A stretch of 62,443 nucleotides of DNA, counting the filler, from Collodictyon triciliatum (taxonomy: Eukaryota): NCBI GenBank assembly GCA_043381765.1. It is 4 parts of 4 records of this genome, joined end to end, with 100 filler letters (N's around TTAATTAATTAA, not from the genome) between each part and the next. Parts side by side here need not be neighbours in the genome. Positions count along the whole stretch, not along the records: positions 46,921 to 62,443 come from JBHJMP010001663.1; 3 more parts are not named here. One strand, 5' to 3'. Shown here piece after piece: positions 46,972 through 60,279 of the stretch (position 1 is the stretch's first letter; the number at the start of each line of letters is the position of its first letter). The notes beneath the pieces were generated by a model that saw only the letters and a program-made list of their open reading frames with translations, had not been told where the DNA came from and searched no databases. Made by a program: the position numbers and the translations under genes.

Positions 46972-47614
46972 CTGTTTTTTTTTTTAAAATTTTTTTTTTT
47001 GAGAAAAAACAAAAAAAAAAAAAAAAAAACATGGTCTTCTGAAACCCACATACCAAGGCAACGCGCAAAGACCATCACGAGGGCAATCAACGCTGCGGCT
47101 TTCGTGTTCATCCTGATAGACTTTCGGTTAATGTCCTATCTTGCTGTTTTTTTCCCAATCCAATCCTCTTTTATTTCTTCTTTCTTTGAACAGGTTCGGC
47201 CATCAACAAAGCTGAAAGAGACAGTTTTTTTTAAAAACGGATGGGCGTGACGTTTCTATTTATAACCCTGTCTGCACTTCACGAAAAACGCACCACTTTG
47301 ACATTTGGATTTTTTTTTTCTCCATTTTGTTTTGTTAAGCCTTGTTTTGCTTTGTTTTCAATCATTTTGCAAAAGCCACAGCCATGATGAATAACAACAC
47401 AGAAAGCTTTAGAAACGACGATGACGGGGTTTTCGGTCACCCGTTCCAACGAGGCGATGGTTTTTTTTGTTTGTTTGTTTGTTTTATAGATTTTTTTTGT
47501 TTGTTTTATTATTATTTTTATAAAGAGGACAAAGCATTTTTGTAAGAGACAGAGTTCTAGGAGTTTGCGGCTGCTTGATAATAAATCCATTCTGATACTT
47601 ATTTATCAGGTTGT

Positions 47615-50234
47615 TCACATCTTGAGTTTCGTAAGAAGCTCTTTAACCATCTGATTGAGAAGCTCGTTTTCATCCTTCAAATCCTCACGCATTTTCATCG
47701 CATCGACAAGCTCGGCGGATTTTGCTGGGGGGAAATAACCGAACATATGAAAGAAGAAGGATTAACCAAAAGCACGAAAAGGAGATGTATAAACGTTGTA
47801 TTGTAAAAGGACATAGATTGTAGCGAATGCGCATAAGCAGAAAGATGTATGTCAGAGACGATTCGAATTTTTATCCCCCCTTAGAAACATAAATGTATAC
47901 TGAATTTCATTTTTTACTTTTATTTTTAAGAACAGATTACCCTGCATCATAGAGAAAAGAGCGAGCTCAAGCCTTTCAAGGTCCGATGTCGCGGACGAGT
48001 CACAAAAATCTAAACACCCCCAGTAAAATTATCATCAGCGCCCACAGAAGAATGCGCGCAATTAAAATAAATATATTAATGTATATACTAGGAAAATAAA
48101 GAAACGCGCGTTCGCACATACCAACGAGCTTGAACAATGAAACAACATCAGCAGGAAGATTCGTATAAGTCTCGGCCGCAGTAGACGGTGCGTATGTAAA
48201 ATCAGAGACTTCAGAGGTGTTGCTTATGTTTGCCGATGAAAGCGTGGATAGTTGAATGGGGGATAAGCTCATGGACACGGGTCTTGATGAGGCTGATGAA
48301 TTGGCAACTGCTGCAACAGAGTTTGCGCTCATCTCACCATTTACATCTTCTGTTAGTGCTTTTCTTGAAAGCGGAGATTTTGCTGGAGTTTTTACTGGAG
48401 AATCCGTCGGTAGGTCGCGCGGGGCGTCTGCTGTAGATAACCTAGGCAATGGACTCTGCACAGGGCTATCTATTGACGTCTGCAATGGCTCGCTTATCTG
48501 CGTCATGTATATCTCCATTAGAATAATCATCATAATAATAATAATAAAATAATAATATAAATATAAATAATTTCAATAAATGCATATTTAATCATCTTTT
48601 TAGAGATTGTTTGTATCAAAGAAAAAGATAATCAAACATTAAGATCGTCAGAAGTTGCCGGCCGGCTGTTTCTTTCTCGTGCAAATTCTCCCAACATCTT
48701 AGTCAGGCTCACAGACGACGCCTTTGTTTGTTCGTTTGGTTCTGAAGTCCCTTCATAAAGTGTCTCGATAAGATTAGCACCGTCATTATATTCTTCATCA
48801 CTTTCATCACTTTCATCATCTTCATAATTTTCATCAACATCGAGTGCCCTCTTTGGGGTATATTCTGCTGCAAACTTTGCTGCTGGCTTCATGGAGGTGG
48901 TTTCTTCAATTGATTGAGTGGGGGTCGGTGCCAACAAATCCTTATCGTTTCCGTTGAGGCGTTCATTAGAAAACAGCTCTGCTTCGGATTCTTCTATCAT
49001 CTGCTGCACTTTCTCTTCGTCGCTATCTTGGAAATCTTGTTCGTTTTCGGAACCAGAGATACTCAGACTTAGAGATATATCCTCATCTTCGTCCTCATCC
49101 TCGTCCTCGGATAATATCTGGTCGATGTCGGGTTCGTCCTCATCATCCTCTGATTCATTCCCGTGAGCTTCATCAACATTAATATGTTTACTTTGGAGAG
49201 CTTCTTCTTCTTCTTCTTCTTCAATAGCGTCTTGTTGCTCTTCATTGCCATGTATTTCATTGCTTACCAGCGGTATTTCATCGCTACTGTCTTGAATTTG
49301 AGCAAAGGATTGTTTCGAGTCTCTGTGACTGGCTGGGCTTTCGTACTCTTTTCCTAGGTCACTCTCTGCAATTTCGTTATGGTTTTGTTGTGAATCGGCA
49401 GAAAGGTCATCCACAAACGAATCGTCGAGAAATGCCTTTGCCTTTGCTGCGGTAGGCGTCTCTGATGGGGATGAAACGGGACTCAAAGCAATGAGTCTTC
49501 CCGAATCAACAACCACAATAGAATCAGCTAGCTCTGTCATGCTGGATTCATCCTGAAACAGACCTTCGTCGCTCTTTTGCAAGGATACCTTGGCATCTAT
49601 GTCCACGTCTGACGATGGCGATTCTACCATGTTTTGTCCATCAGTTGATAAAAAGATCTTTCCCTTCTGCTCAGATGTATTTTGCCGCGTCGGTGTAACG
49701 GGCTCCGTCAAAGGTGTTCTACTATCATCAGCTATGGTTGCATCGGCACTGTCGTGGTAAATGCTGCCCCCATCAGACCTATTTTTGTGTAGTTATTAAT
49801 CAGTTCATTCGTTCGCCTGTTTGTTCTTTTATCAAGTATAACATAATGCTCCGCAGTTGTTCGAAACCTGTTTTCTGATATGTCCGAGCCTTGCTCTTCA
49901 CTCTCGATCTCAAACTCCTCGTCTGCGGACGGATGTGACTGACGCTGAAGGTACTCATTAATCAAAAGAATGAAATGGAAAAAGGACAAGGGAAAAGGAA
50001 AAGGAGAAGGAAAATGAAAAAGGAAAAGGAAAAGGAAAAGGAAAAGGAAAAGGAAAAGGAAAAGGAAAAGGAAAAAGGAAAAAGGAAAAAGGAAAAAGGA
50101 AAAAGGAAAAAGGAAAAAGGAAAAAGGAAAAAGGAAAAAGGAAAAAGGAAAAAGGAAAAGAAAAAGGAGGAGAAAAAGAAAAAAGGAAAGAAATGAAAAG
50201 GAAAGCCCGTTCAGCCGAGTACCGTGTTGGACAT
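47615..50234 (-). CDS. Acidic, largely disordered protein with a C-terminal coiled coil (FEZ/UNC-76/SCHIP1-like)
   Basis: Phase-compatible exons MSNT|RQSHPSADEEFEIE...|long D/E/S-rich exons|...DFCDSSATSDLERLELALFSMMQ|AKSAELVDAMKMREDLKDENELLNQMVKELLTKLKM*. Start inferred; family call tentative. Confidence 0.7.
49975..50200. repeat. (GAAAAG)n/(GAAAAAG)n intronic microsatellite
   Basis: Tandem repeat. Confidence 0.9.
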
Positions 50235-50725
50235 CTCTTGCTTTCCGACCACTTGCCACTGCTCACCAGGGCCGCCTTCTAGAACAGAAAGCTATTGAGC
50301 AACGCCTCCAAAGATCGCCCCACAAAACCAAGCACGAGAAACCCACACCCACACACCCACTCCCACAAACACACCGCATCACGAAACCCTCCCAGCGAGT
50401 ATGCTTTCGCCCCGACATTGTCCAACATGTGGAACAACAAGACAAGAAACGCACACGCCAAGAAAGACGGCAAATCGCCGCAGGCAAGCCTTGCAACCTC
50501 AAAGACAGCAGCACGACACACGGCACTCAAAGACAGACGCCGTTCAAGAATCAGAATGACAGACACCTCCGACGAATGCAAGAAAAAGAAAATAAGAAAA
50601 AGGACGCTTTATCCGCGCGCAATCGGCCGATGAGGTTAGGAGAAGACAAAGAGAAAGACAAAGAGAAAGACAAAAGACAAAGAGAAAGACGGAAAGCCGG
50701 GCTCATCACAGCCCATCACAGCCCA

Positions 50726-53563
50726 TCACGGGTCGGCCGAGTGCCCGCTTGCCCCGGCCGCAGCCGCAGCCGCGTTGTGTTTGCGCAGCCTGGCCACAAA
50801 GCGCTTCCTGTGCGCAGCCTTGCCCTTCCTCTTGGAGGCCGCAGCAGCCTTGTCGAGCATCTCGTCCGTGATGGGGTTGCTTGCAAGGTCCTCCATCAGC
50901 TTGTGGTACGCAATCTGCCGCGACTCTTGGTCCGGTGCGGCGTTGCGCAGCGCTTCGCGGATCAGGCGGCGGCGCAGACGGGCTCGCAGCCCTTTCTTTT
51001 TGATTGGGATGCCCAGGATGCGCTTCAGCCGGTTCACTTCGAGGCGGCGGATTCGGCGCATCAGCGCTCGGGTGACCACCGTGTTTGGATCCAGCGTCGA
51101 AAGGATGTCCGGCTCCTGCTTCGCCTCGCCCGGCTGCAGAAACTCGATGCTGATGTCCTCAGACACCCGGCATAGCTGGCAGTCCGACGGCCAGATCTCA
51201 TGGACGTGCGCTTGGAACCTGTGGTTTGGGTGGTTACTTTTTTTGTATTTATATATATATAATTGTTCTAATCATTAGTTTTTGCTTTTCATGATATACT
51301 GATTAATATTATTATTATTTTCTGCTGCGTTTGATTCGGACAAGAGTGATATTACGCACACTGAAGAGCCGATCTGGATGATGGTCGATGTTTCGATTTG
51401 GCACTCGAACGGAAGTCCGCTTGATCCGAGGCGGTGTCCATTGACGTGGGTTCCGTTTAGAGAACCGCGGTCTTGGATAAAGAATGATTTGCTGCCAGTG
51501 TCTGAGTGGAGTGGGTGTTGTTTTGTTGTTATAAAAATCAATATTTTGTTTCTTAGTCGGATGAATGGGAAATTAGAGGTAAGATATGGCCATTTCTTTG
51601 GCTATGATTTATCTCAGCTCGCAATCAAGGCTCATAAGAATTGTTACATCAAAAAATATACTATTAATTTTCAAAGTTATATATACTTCTACATATAAAG
51701 AAGTGAGCGTTACCATAGCCGATTGCGCAGTGGTTGAATGCAACTTCACCGTCGTCAAAGCAAAAATGACTGGCATCGCATAAAAAGAGCGGTTGAGCAT
51801 GTCGGGTTTGCATTAGGTTATAATCGATATTTTAATCGAGGGTAAAGGACATTCGAAGAAGAAAAGGAAAGAGCCTCACTTTCCCTCTTTGACAGTGTTT
51901 CCAAACGTCGCACCAGAGGGCTCCACTTCCACGAGAGATGCTTGTGTGAGAATCTTCGACCTCAGGCAAATCAATCGCAATTTCTGGACAGAGTTCATCT
52001 TAGTGAATTGTTCTTTTCCAAAAAACAAACAAACATATTATAGAGAAACATAAGGAAATTTGGAGAAAGGAAAGGTAAATTGAAAAGGTAAAATGAAGAC
52101 GTATGGCTGTACACAAAATACATCAAATGAGAGGATATGCATGAGGAGAAGTGACTAGTGTATCCGTACCGGCTTGTTGGATGTATACGGATTCAAACAT
52201 TCAAGCATCGCGCCTGTCTCAGGGTTTTTGTAGACGTACACACCAGTCCATGTATCATAGTAGAGACTTGTATTTGCATCGTAAAAGTATCTATACGAAA
52301 ACACAGTCAATATCGTAAAAAAAAATATATGGCAGTTTATAGTGCGAACACACAAGTACTTTCCTCGGCGGTATATGCTATAAACTTTGTGCAAACCTTG
52401 TTCTTTTGAGCTGCTCCAAAGTCATTCCGGTGAACTCATTTTCATTTCCACCTGCATCGTCCTCGTCATCACTGTCGTCAATCAAGCCCTCCTCGTCGTC
52501 ATCATCATCATCACCACCAACGTCGTCGTTATCAACGCCATTCATGCGAGCGTCGTCGTGATGACCTTTGTACGAGTCTTCATTTTCCGAATGGTCGCTG
52601 TCTTCGTAGCCTCCCAAATCCAGTCCAACTGATTTCTGCCGGTCGGGAATGTGTGTTTGCCTTGCAGCCTGAGCCAGCATAAAGTCCTCATCATCCGATG
52701 CATCCAAAATCTCGCCTTCGTCGTAGGATGATGTGGGCGATGCGACTTTCATTGCATCGTGGATGTTTTTGGCTGGCTGGATACTCGGTTTCTCTGGTTG
52801 GGTAGTGATTGCCGGACGTACTGTGCTCAGCAGAGGGGCAGGATTGTGATTTGTCAGAATGGGGATGATATCATTCTCATCATCTATGATAAAACGGGAA
52901 AGGAAGAGAAGAAAATGAAAGAAATGTTAGTCTCCGTGTTTGTGTCAAATAGTAGAATGTGTGAGAAATGAGGACGGGACAAGTTTTGAAAGAAAAGCGG
53001 TTTTGCTGATTGTTTGTGGTGTTTGAATGTGTCGAAAGAGGTGTATGAGAGCTATTCAGGCGTATGCGAGTAAATGGAGCAGAGAAGCAGAACATCGAAA
53101 TCAGACTTCGGACAGAATAGAATATAGAGCGTGGAGGAAAGAAAGACGCATATTTGTTTATAATGCTGCGACGAAAATGGTGATGACTGCGCGGTTTGAT
53201 ATACATGAGAAAACATGCGAGAAAAAGTGCGAGGCGGTGCAGACAAATGAATTAAAGAGTCGTTAGTAATGGTCCTTCTTTGTATTCCGAACACTGTGTC
53301 GAGTCCTACGTTACTTTACCGCACTATGCAAGCCTGTGTCCACTCATGAGAGGATTCTCTTTACAATACAAAAGCAAGGATGCCTTCGCAATAGTTATTA
53401 TGAAACAAAAAGAATAAAGAAGAGGAGTAATAAAAGCGGAAGAGGATCTCTTTCAGTCTGCCCCGAAGCATTTGAGCGAACCCTTGCGTGACCCACCTTC
53501 GATTTCTCCGTCTTCATCGTCACTGCAGACTCTGTCTGCAGTTAAATCATCCTTTGCAGCCAT
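50726..53563 (-). CDS. AGGF1-like protein with OCRE and FHA domains
   Basis: OCRE YFYDANTSLYYDTWTGVYVYKNPETG. FHA LRLICLRS...GATFG...HCAIGY|D...FFIQDRGSLNGTHVNG...IIQIGSS. Followed by HVHEIWPSDCQLC and RRLEVNRLKRILGI, which parallel the post-FHA segment of AGGF1. Confidence 0.78.
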
Positions 53564-54615
53564 TGAACAATCGTGATGATTTGATCGATTTGTGTTGTTT
53601 TTGTTTTTGTTTTTGTTTTTGTTTTCGATTGGTTGTTGAAGGACGTTTGATTCAATACGTATATTAGAAAAGAGAAAAGAGAAAAAAATAAAAAAAAATA
53701 TGGCCGGTTTGGTCTTTGCTGCAGCCTTCTTTTGGTCGATCGCAGAAGACAACCGAAAAAAAAAAAGGAGAAAACGGCGGAAGGACGAAAAAGAGATCGA
53801 TTAAAAGAAAAAGAAAAAAACAAAGGAGAAGGAATGTCACAGAAACGGAGAGTTTTGGAATAAGTGAACGGAGGCCGACGGTCGCAGTCCGATCTGCTTC
53901 GCTGCTTTGGTTTGGTTTTGCCTTTGTGCGGGGTCGTGGATTCTGATTTCTTGGGAGGAGGATGATCGGTGCTTTGTGGGTTTCGGCTTCTTTCGCTCGC
54001 TTGGCTTGTGGTTGCTTTTTGAAAATGTCGCTGCGCTTCGGGACAAAAATGCTGAACAGTCAATGAAAAAATACAAAAGTGTATTTTGTTTTGCACTGGT
54101 TGCTGGACACATGGGNNNNNNNNNNNNNNNNNNNNNNNNNNNNNNNNNNNNNNNNNNNNNNNNNNNNNNNNNNNNNNNNNNNNNNNNNNNNNNNNNNNNN
54201 NNNNNNNNNNNNNNNNNNNNNNNNNNNNNNNNNNNNNNNNNNNNNNNNNNNNNNNNNNNNNNNNNNNNNNNNNNNNNNNNNNNNNNNNNNNNNNNNNNNN
54301 NNNNNNNNNNNNNNNNNNNNNNNNNNNNNNNNNNNNNNNNNNNNNNNNNNNNNNNNNNNNNNNNNNNNNNNNNNNNNNNNNNNNNNNNNNNNNNNNNNNN
54401 NNNNNNNNNNNNNNNNNNNNNNNNNNNNNNNNNNNNNNNNNNNNNNNNNNNNNNNNNNNNNNNNNNNNNNNNNNNNNNNNNNNNNNNNNNNNNNNNNNNN
54501 NNNNNNNNNNNNNNNNNNNNNNNNNNNNNNNNNNNNNNNNNNNNNNNNNNNNNNNNNNNNNNNNNNNNNNNNNNNNNNNNNNNNNNNNNNNNNNNNNNNN
54601 NNNNNNNNNNNNNNN

Positions 54616-56970
54616 GAATTCGCACCCGCAACAGAGTCGCGTCCGCACTTGATTTCCGAATACCACAACAAACTCATAGCTCGACTCGACCCAAAAGCAA
54701 AGAAGAAATGTGCGGATTGTCCCAACGAAGTTGCGTTTCTGTGTAAGGACGGTTGTGATTTTCTCTGTGTCGAGTGTCAAGAGAAGCATCACTCAAAGTG
54801 GGAGAGAACTGTGAAACACAGAGTCATGTGGGTTACTTTGATTCTTCTTTTGTCAATCTCCCTTCATGTTCGTACCGGTTTTTTTTAAAAAAAAAGTAAT
54901 GATAATATGATACACTTGCCACTAACTTTGGTGTGATTTAGTCCACTGACAGAGGTGACCAACATGGACATTCTGCATCCTCGGCTGTGTCTTTTACATA
55001 AGAGTCCGATTGTTTGTCTGTGCGAATCGTGTTGGCCAGTTTCTGAAAAGTGTTATCAATGCACAACGGAGGATTTACTGTCAAACATTATTCACCCACA
55101 AATTAGAGTATCGAGCTTCGACTATTCATCGATCAAAGAAGACGAGTTGATTGAGAGAGTGACCGAGAGGCTTAATACCTTGGAAGATAAGAAATCACAG
55201 CTGTCTGACCTGCTGACATTAGTATATTGCCATCTTTCCTCTATTTACATGATAATTGTAATCTTGTGTGATTTAACTCTAGCAAAGATGATTTCAAACT
55301 AGCTTTTAATCAGAATCCTTTTTCTTTTTCTTTTTTTTTTAAGATAGCACAGGAGGAAGGAAAAGAGCTTAGCAAAATAACTACATTCTATGAGGAGACA
55401 AAGAAAAAGACAGAGGACCTGTATCGTAAGCTCATAGAACAAGTATTTCACGCATTTGCAAAGTTGTATAAATATTCATACCATTCATAATTGCGATCGT
55501 TATCATTTTAATAATCATGACCTCTTATCAAAGGCAAAGGACACATTTTCTTACGCATCAGCGCCCATCGAGTCAGCGCGAGGAGAAATCGAAAGGACAG
55601 AAAACTTGCTCAAGCACTGCGTCCAGCTGCTCACAGAATCGAAGGCCATCTACGAGAAGGAGAAGATCGCCTCGAAGCTTCTCAAGAGCAAGCTACTCTG
55701 TGAAAAAGTTTTAGAAAAACAGATACTGGAACCAATCCAACCGGATTTGAAGACAATCAAGTCAGCTCTACCATTGGACGCTCATCTGTATGTGGATAGA
55801 AACGGCGCCCACTTGTTTGGAGAGTCCTTCGACTTGGTGAAGTCGGAGTTGGACGAATCGCTCCAGAAACTGGCAAGCTTGAACGAAGCATACAGAGAGT
55901 GCGAACAAGTGAGCATGTCGAGAGAGAAGGAGCTGGAAGGTCTCAGGGCTGCACTTGAGCAGCATGAGAAGGAACTCGGCGAGCTCAGAAAAGAGAAATC
56001 GGAAAGGGATGCAAAAGATAGAGAAAAGGAAGGGGAAAGGGAGAAACAAGCGTTACAGATGAGAAGTATGTGTATAACAAGCTGGAGATACAATGCTAAA
56101 GATTACAGGTATTACAAGCACGTCGGCTCAAATGGGGATGGCCAGCTTCAATTCAAGAATCCACTTGCTGTCGCAGTTCACCCGAAAACAGGGCATATTT
56201 ACGTTGCAGACACGTATAATCATCGAGTCCAGGTTCTGAGCGAGGAACTGGGATTTGTCAGGATATTTGGGGGAAACGGTTCAGGAATTGGTCAAATGAA
56301 TTGTCCCTTCGGAATTGCAGTTTCGTTGGATGGATTGATTGCAGTTCCCGAGTACAGTGGCAACAGAATCCAGATTTTCGACGAATCAAACACAGTTGTG
56401 AGCACGATTAAATCCGGGCAAAAAAAGAGTGCGAGTTGCAAGCGAGCAGAGTTTGACGGATTCTCGAATCTATTCCAAGTTTGTTTTGATAACGAAGGCA
56501 ATCTTTTTGCAGCAAACTATGGCAAGAATCGAATCGACAAATTCAATCGCGCGTTTGAGTTTGAGTGTTCGTTTGCATTGTCGTCATCTGGCGAATCCGG
56601 TGTTTCAAGTCCGGTGGGTGTTTGCTTCACATCAAAGAATCAGGTCTGCGTTGTCGGTCGTGGAGCAGACAGACTCAAGTTCTATGACACAAATGGGACT
56701 TTCCTCAGAAGTATGAATATTCAGAAAGTCGGCGGCTGTCCATCAATTGCAGAAGGTCCGAATAACTCGATTTTCGTCTGTGATTATGATGCATCCCACC
56801 GGATTATTGCATACAACACAGAGAATGATGCTGTGATTCACACGCTGGGCTCATCTCAGGGGTCGAGTCCTGGACAACTCTCTTATCCCGTCGGGCTTTG
56901 CTTTGGTTTGAATCAGAAACTCTATGTTTGCGACCAATCTAATTATCGTATCCAAGCATTCGCAGCCTGA
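54616..56970 (+). CDS. B-box / coiled-coil / NHL-repeat protein (TRIM-NHL-like); 5' part hidden in the 500-N gap
   Basis: B-box CADC...FLCKDGCDFLCVECQEKHH...KH, a second Cys/His cluster CLLH...CESC...CYQC...H, a long coil, then NHL blades FKNPLAVAV...IYVADTYNHRVQV, MNCPFGIAV...NRIQIF, LSYPVGLCF...LYVCDQSNYRIQAF*. Confidence 0.88.
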
Positions 56971-57549
56971 AAACATCCATCAAAGGTGGCCATAAAACAA
57001 CCGCCGCCTGATTAGGTGAAACGAATCATCGAAAGACACACAAATAAAGACTTACAAAGAACGCGCCTGATGGATTTAAATCCCTTCCTTTCCTTTCCTT
57101 CTCTGTGCTTATTTGATCTGTCATGAAATCGTGTCTGAGAAAGAGAAAACTCGACGCACACACAATCTGTGTTCATGTTTTCCATAGCAATAATGAGGAT
57201 AGGAAATAGAGTACGGCTTCGCAAAGTGGTTGCACTGACAAGAAACAATAAAAGCAACTGAAAGTAGAAAAATATAACAGTGGCAAAGAACACATATAAA
57301 TATTAAATGTAACGATAATTGATTTATACCAACAATGCATAAGCTCTTCACACCGTCCCAAAGCAGATATCATAGCAGGCAATCAATCCGGCGCCGAATA
57401 GAGCGCACCAAGAATCTCCAACCAACCCGCCCTTTCTTTCCCACCGTCTTTTCACACAGATATACATTCATCAAGAATCTGCAGGTCGCTCCTTCTATAA
57501 GCAGGTGTCTTCCATAAACCATAAAATATAACCCGAAGGAAACAACTTA

Positions 57550-58402
57550 GCCGAACAGCAGATTATCAGCCACGTCGGATTGCGTTTTGCCCGGGTTGTG
57601 CAGTCGTCAATCTACGTTAAAAAAAGTGTGAATAGAGTGAAAAGAGCAACACAAAACACATTCAAAAAACGAAACCTGCCTGTGCCAGTTATTGCTGTGA
57701 TTGAAGTCGACAATAAATTATGTTCCTAGGGGATTAATACATTTTTCTCCTTATTTCCCACTTTCTTCATAGATGGAGTAGTATTGTGACTTTCATTTTA
57801 ATTTTTCATTTCTCTAGGGAGTTTAGAAGTCAGATTTGCTGTTTTTTTTTTATTGATTTTTAAGCATTATCAATGTAAGTCATTTTTGTTTGTTGTAGAC
57901 TTCTTTCCTGAATACTTTCTTAATAAATGATAATAAATGAACATATATCCTTTTCTACACATGTATTTTAATTTAATGATTTAATTCTCATAGATTTCTG
58001 CGATTATATGAGGTTTCTTTATTGTTCGGCAGAAGCTACTTCATCGTCTGGATAATGGAGTTAATTTCCTCTTGGATTCTGATTGTTGTTATTGTTATTA
58101 TATATTTACATTTTTCTCTTCATTGTTCCATTATATCATTTTTTGGATTGTATGTTTTGTGTATAAATTTAACTTTTCTGATTCAACATTTGTGTTGGTA
58201 ATTTCTTGCTCAATGCGACTTATCGATGCAATTATTTCCGTTTTTCTCTTCTCTGTGTCTATATAATAGGCAAGAAACATAAGTTAATAAGGTAAAAAAA
58301 GCTTCTTTTTTTTTAAAAAAAAAAATACCCTTTTGTTTCTATAAGTTCAATACAAAGAAAATTGAGACAACAAATATTCAGAATATATCAATCGCTGGAT
58401 TC

Positions 58403-58447
<45 letters not shown>

Positions 58448-59990
58448 AAAGGAAATGCATAACACATTGATACCTCAGTACATGCATTTCTCACCTTCGA
58501 TTTGACTCTGTGAGACTTTGTCCTGTATTTCACAGTGTTCTGAGCTCTCGTTAATCTGAGCTTTCGCAAATTCTACCTTATTTTCTCTAATGGAGTGGTG
58601 GCATTATCAGGTACATTATTTTCAATATGAAAGGAGATTGCAACAAACACGAGGAAAGCATGAAACGGATGAAATTTTGTGATGCCCTCTTACAATAATT
58701 CAACATCTTTTTGTAGCGACTCCATAAATCTCATCTTCGTTGGTTTAGCAAGAAAATAAAATGCCAAATATTAATCAATTCAGGTGTAAATATTATTTAA
58801 CTTTTTAAGGTATATAACTCAAGAATAAAATTTGTTATAAAATTGCGAATTCGTTTTTTTCTAAGACTCAGATTTACATCCTCTCGTAAACTTTCATCAG
58901 ACGGAATGGTAGAACCCAAATCATGAAATTTCTGTGCCCAAAATGCTTTTGATTCTCTTGATATTTCGTCGCTAAAATGTAAAGCATTATCATCTTGCAT
59001 GTCACGTATAGTGAGAGTCTCTCAATAAAAATAAATAAATAAAATAAAAAAATTACACCAAAGAATCTCTTTCTCGCTCGCAAGAATCCATCCTTGAAAC
59101 GATTGAGCACAAGCTGGACTTCAAAGCCTGTTGTATTGGCTGATTGATTACCAAAATGCAAGTATTTATGGACCACACACATATTATTTTTTTTCTGATA
59201 ATATCTCGAGTATGGTTTTTCCTTAAGGAACCTTTTTTCTTTCAGAAAGGTCATCTTGAATCTTTCTTTTTATGAACAACGAGGTCTGAGAATATTTCAT
59301 TATTATTAGTACTAAATTAAAAGGAAAAACCTGGTGGATATAGGCTGCATTACATTCAAAGTAGAATCAAATAAACACTGATTTTTTAATTTTTTTTTTT
59401 TTAGAATCTCTTAAATTGTAATATCACCTTGACACGATTAGCTTTCAAAACGAGCTCAGCTCTTTCGCTCTCTAGAGCCTATATTTTGGGCAAGAAAATC
59501 ACACTTCCGAGCGGAAAAGTTTTGATTCAAGGAGATAAATTGCGATTGTATGACGCCAAATGAATCATGGTTTCAACATATGTTTCATCATCTTCGATGG
59601 GGATTGCATACAGCATCGAGAGAAGACAGCTGGTTGTGCTCCGCAGACAACTGGGCCAATTGAGATGTACAGTCACGAACCGTTTCGATGGCTTTTTCGT
59701 GGCTTCGCCTGAGAACATCGATCTCCTGGAAGAGTTGACGAGCTGCTTCGCCATCGGCCATGTGTAAGTACGTATGTCTGAGCGAATGGGAGGCTTTGAG
59801 TCCCATGCACACGCGAATGAGGTTGGTGTTGTTGTGAATAAAAACAAATGCCCGCTTTACTCTTTATCGAGCAGCTGTTTGAGGACTTGAAATTGGGTGT
59901 TGGATTCGATTGTCAGCGCTTCATATAACACCCGAATGGCGGAAAAGTCGTTTGTTTGGAACACTAATCGCCGCTGCGCAACGCAGAGAT
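57550..59990 (-). CDS. Hypothetical multi-exon coiled-coil protein (both ends uncertain)
   Basis: GT-AG-bounded helical exons: MADGEAARQLFQEIDVLRRSHEKAIE...LDA|ALESERAELVLKANRVK, ...ERERDSL, ...MESLQKDVEL|LENKVEFAKAQINE...|DTEKRKTEIIASISRIEQEI. No family recognised. Confidence 0.55.
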
Positions 59991-60279
59991 AATGTCGCCT
60001 TTCATAAATCAAAATTTAGTTTGGTACGAACGACCAGCACGCAAAGGCCTGTTTGTGAAATCGTGCCAAAGTAAATGAAATATTATTTATATTCCACATA
60101 TAGGATAGTTAAGCGTTTCCTTCGGACTTCTTTGGCCTTCGTTTTCACTCCGCCACAACGCGCGTCTGACGACCAAATGAATAATCACTCGCAAGCCGCT
60201 CGAATTTGGGCTGTGGTTTACCCAAGAAGGTCAAATGCTAAGGAAATACTTATTCATTAGGCAGTTCCCATATTAAAGC

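Noticed and set aside
53542-54888. Long ORFs spanning the 500-N gap
   Set aside because: Their length is an artefact of N translation; only the B-box frame after 54616 is supported.
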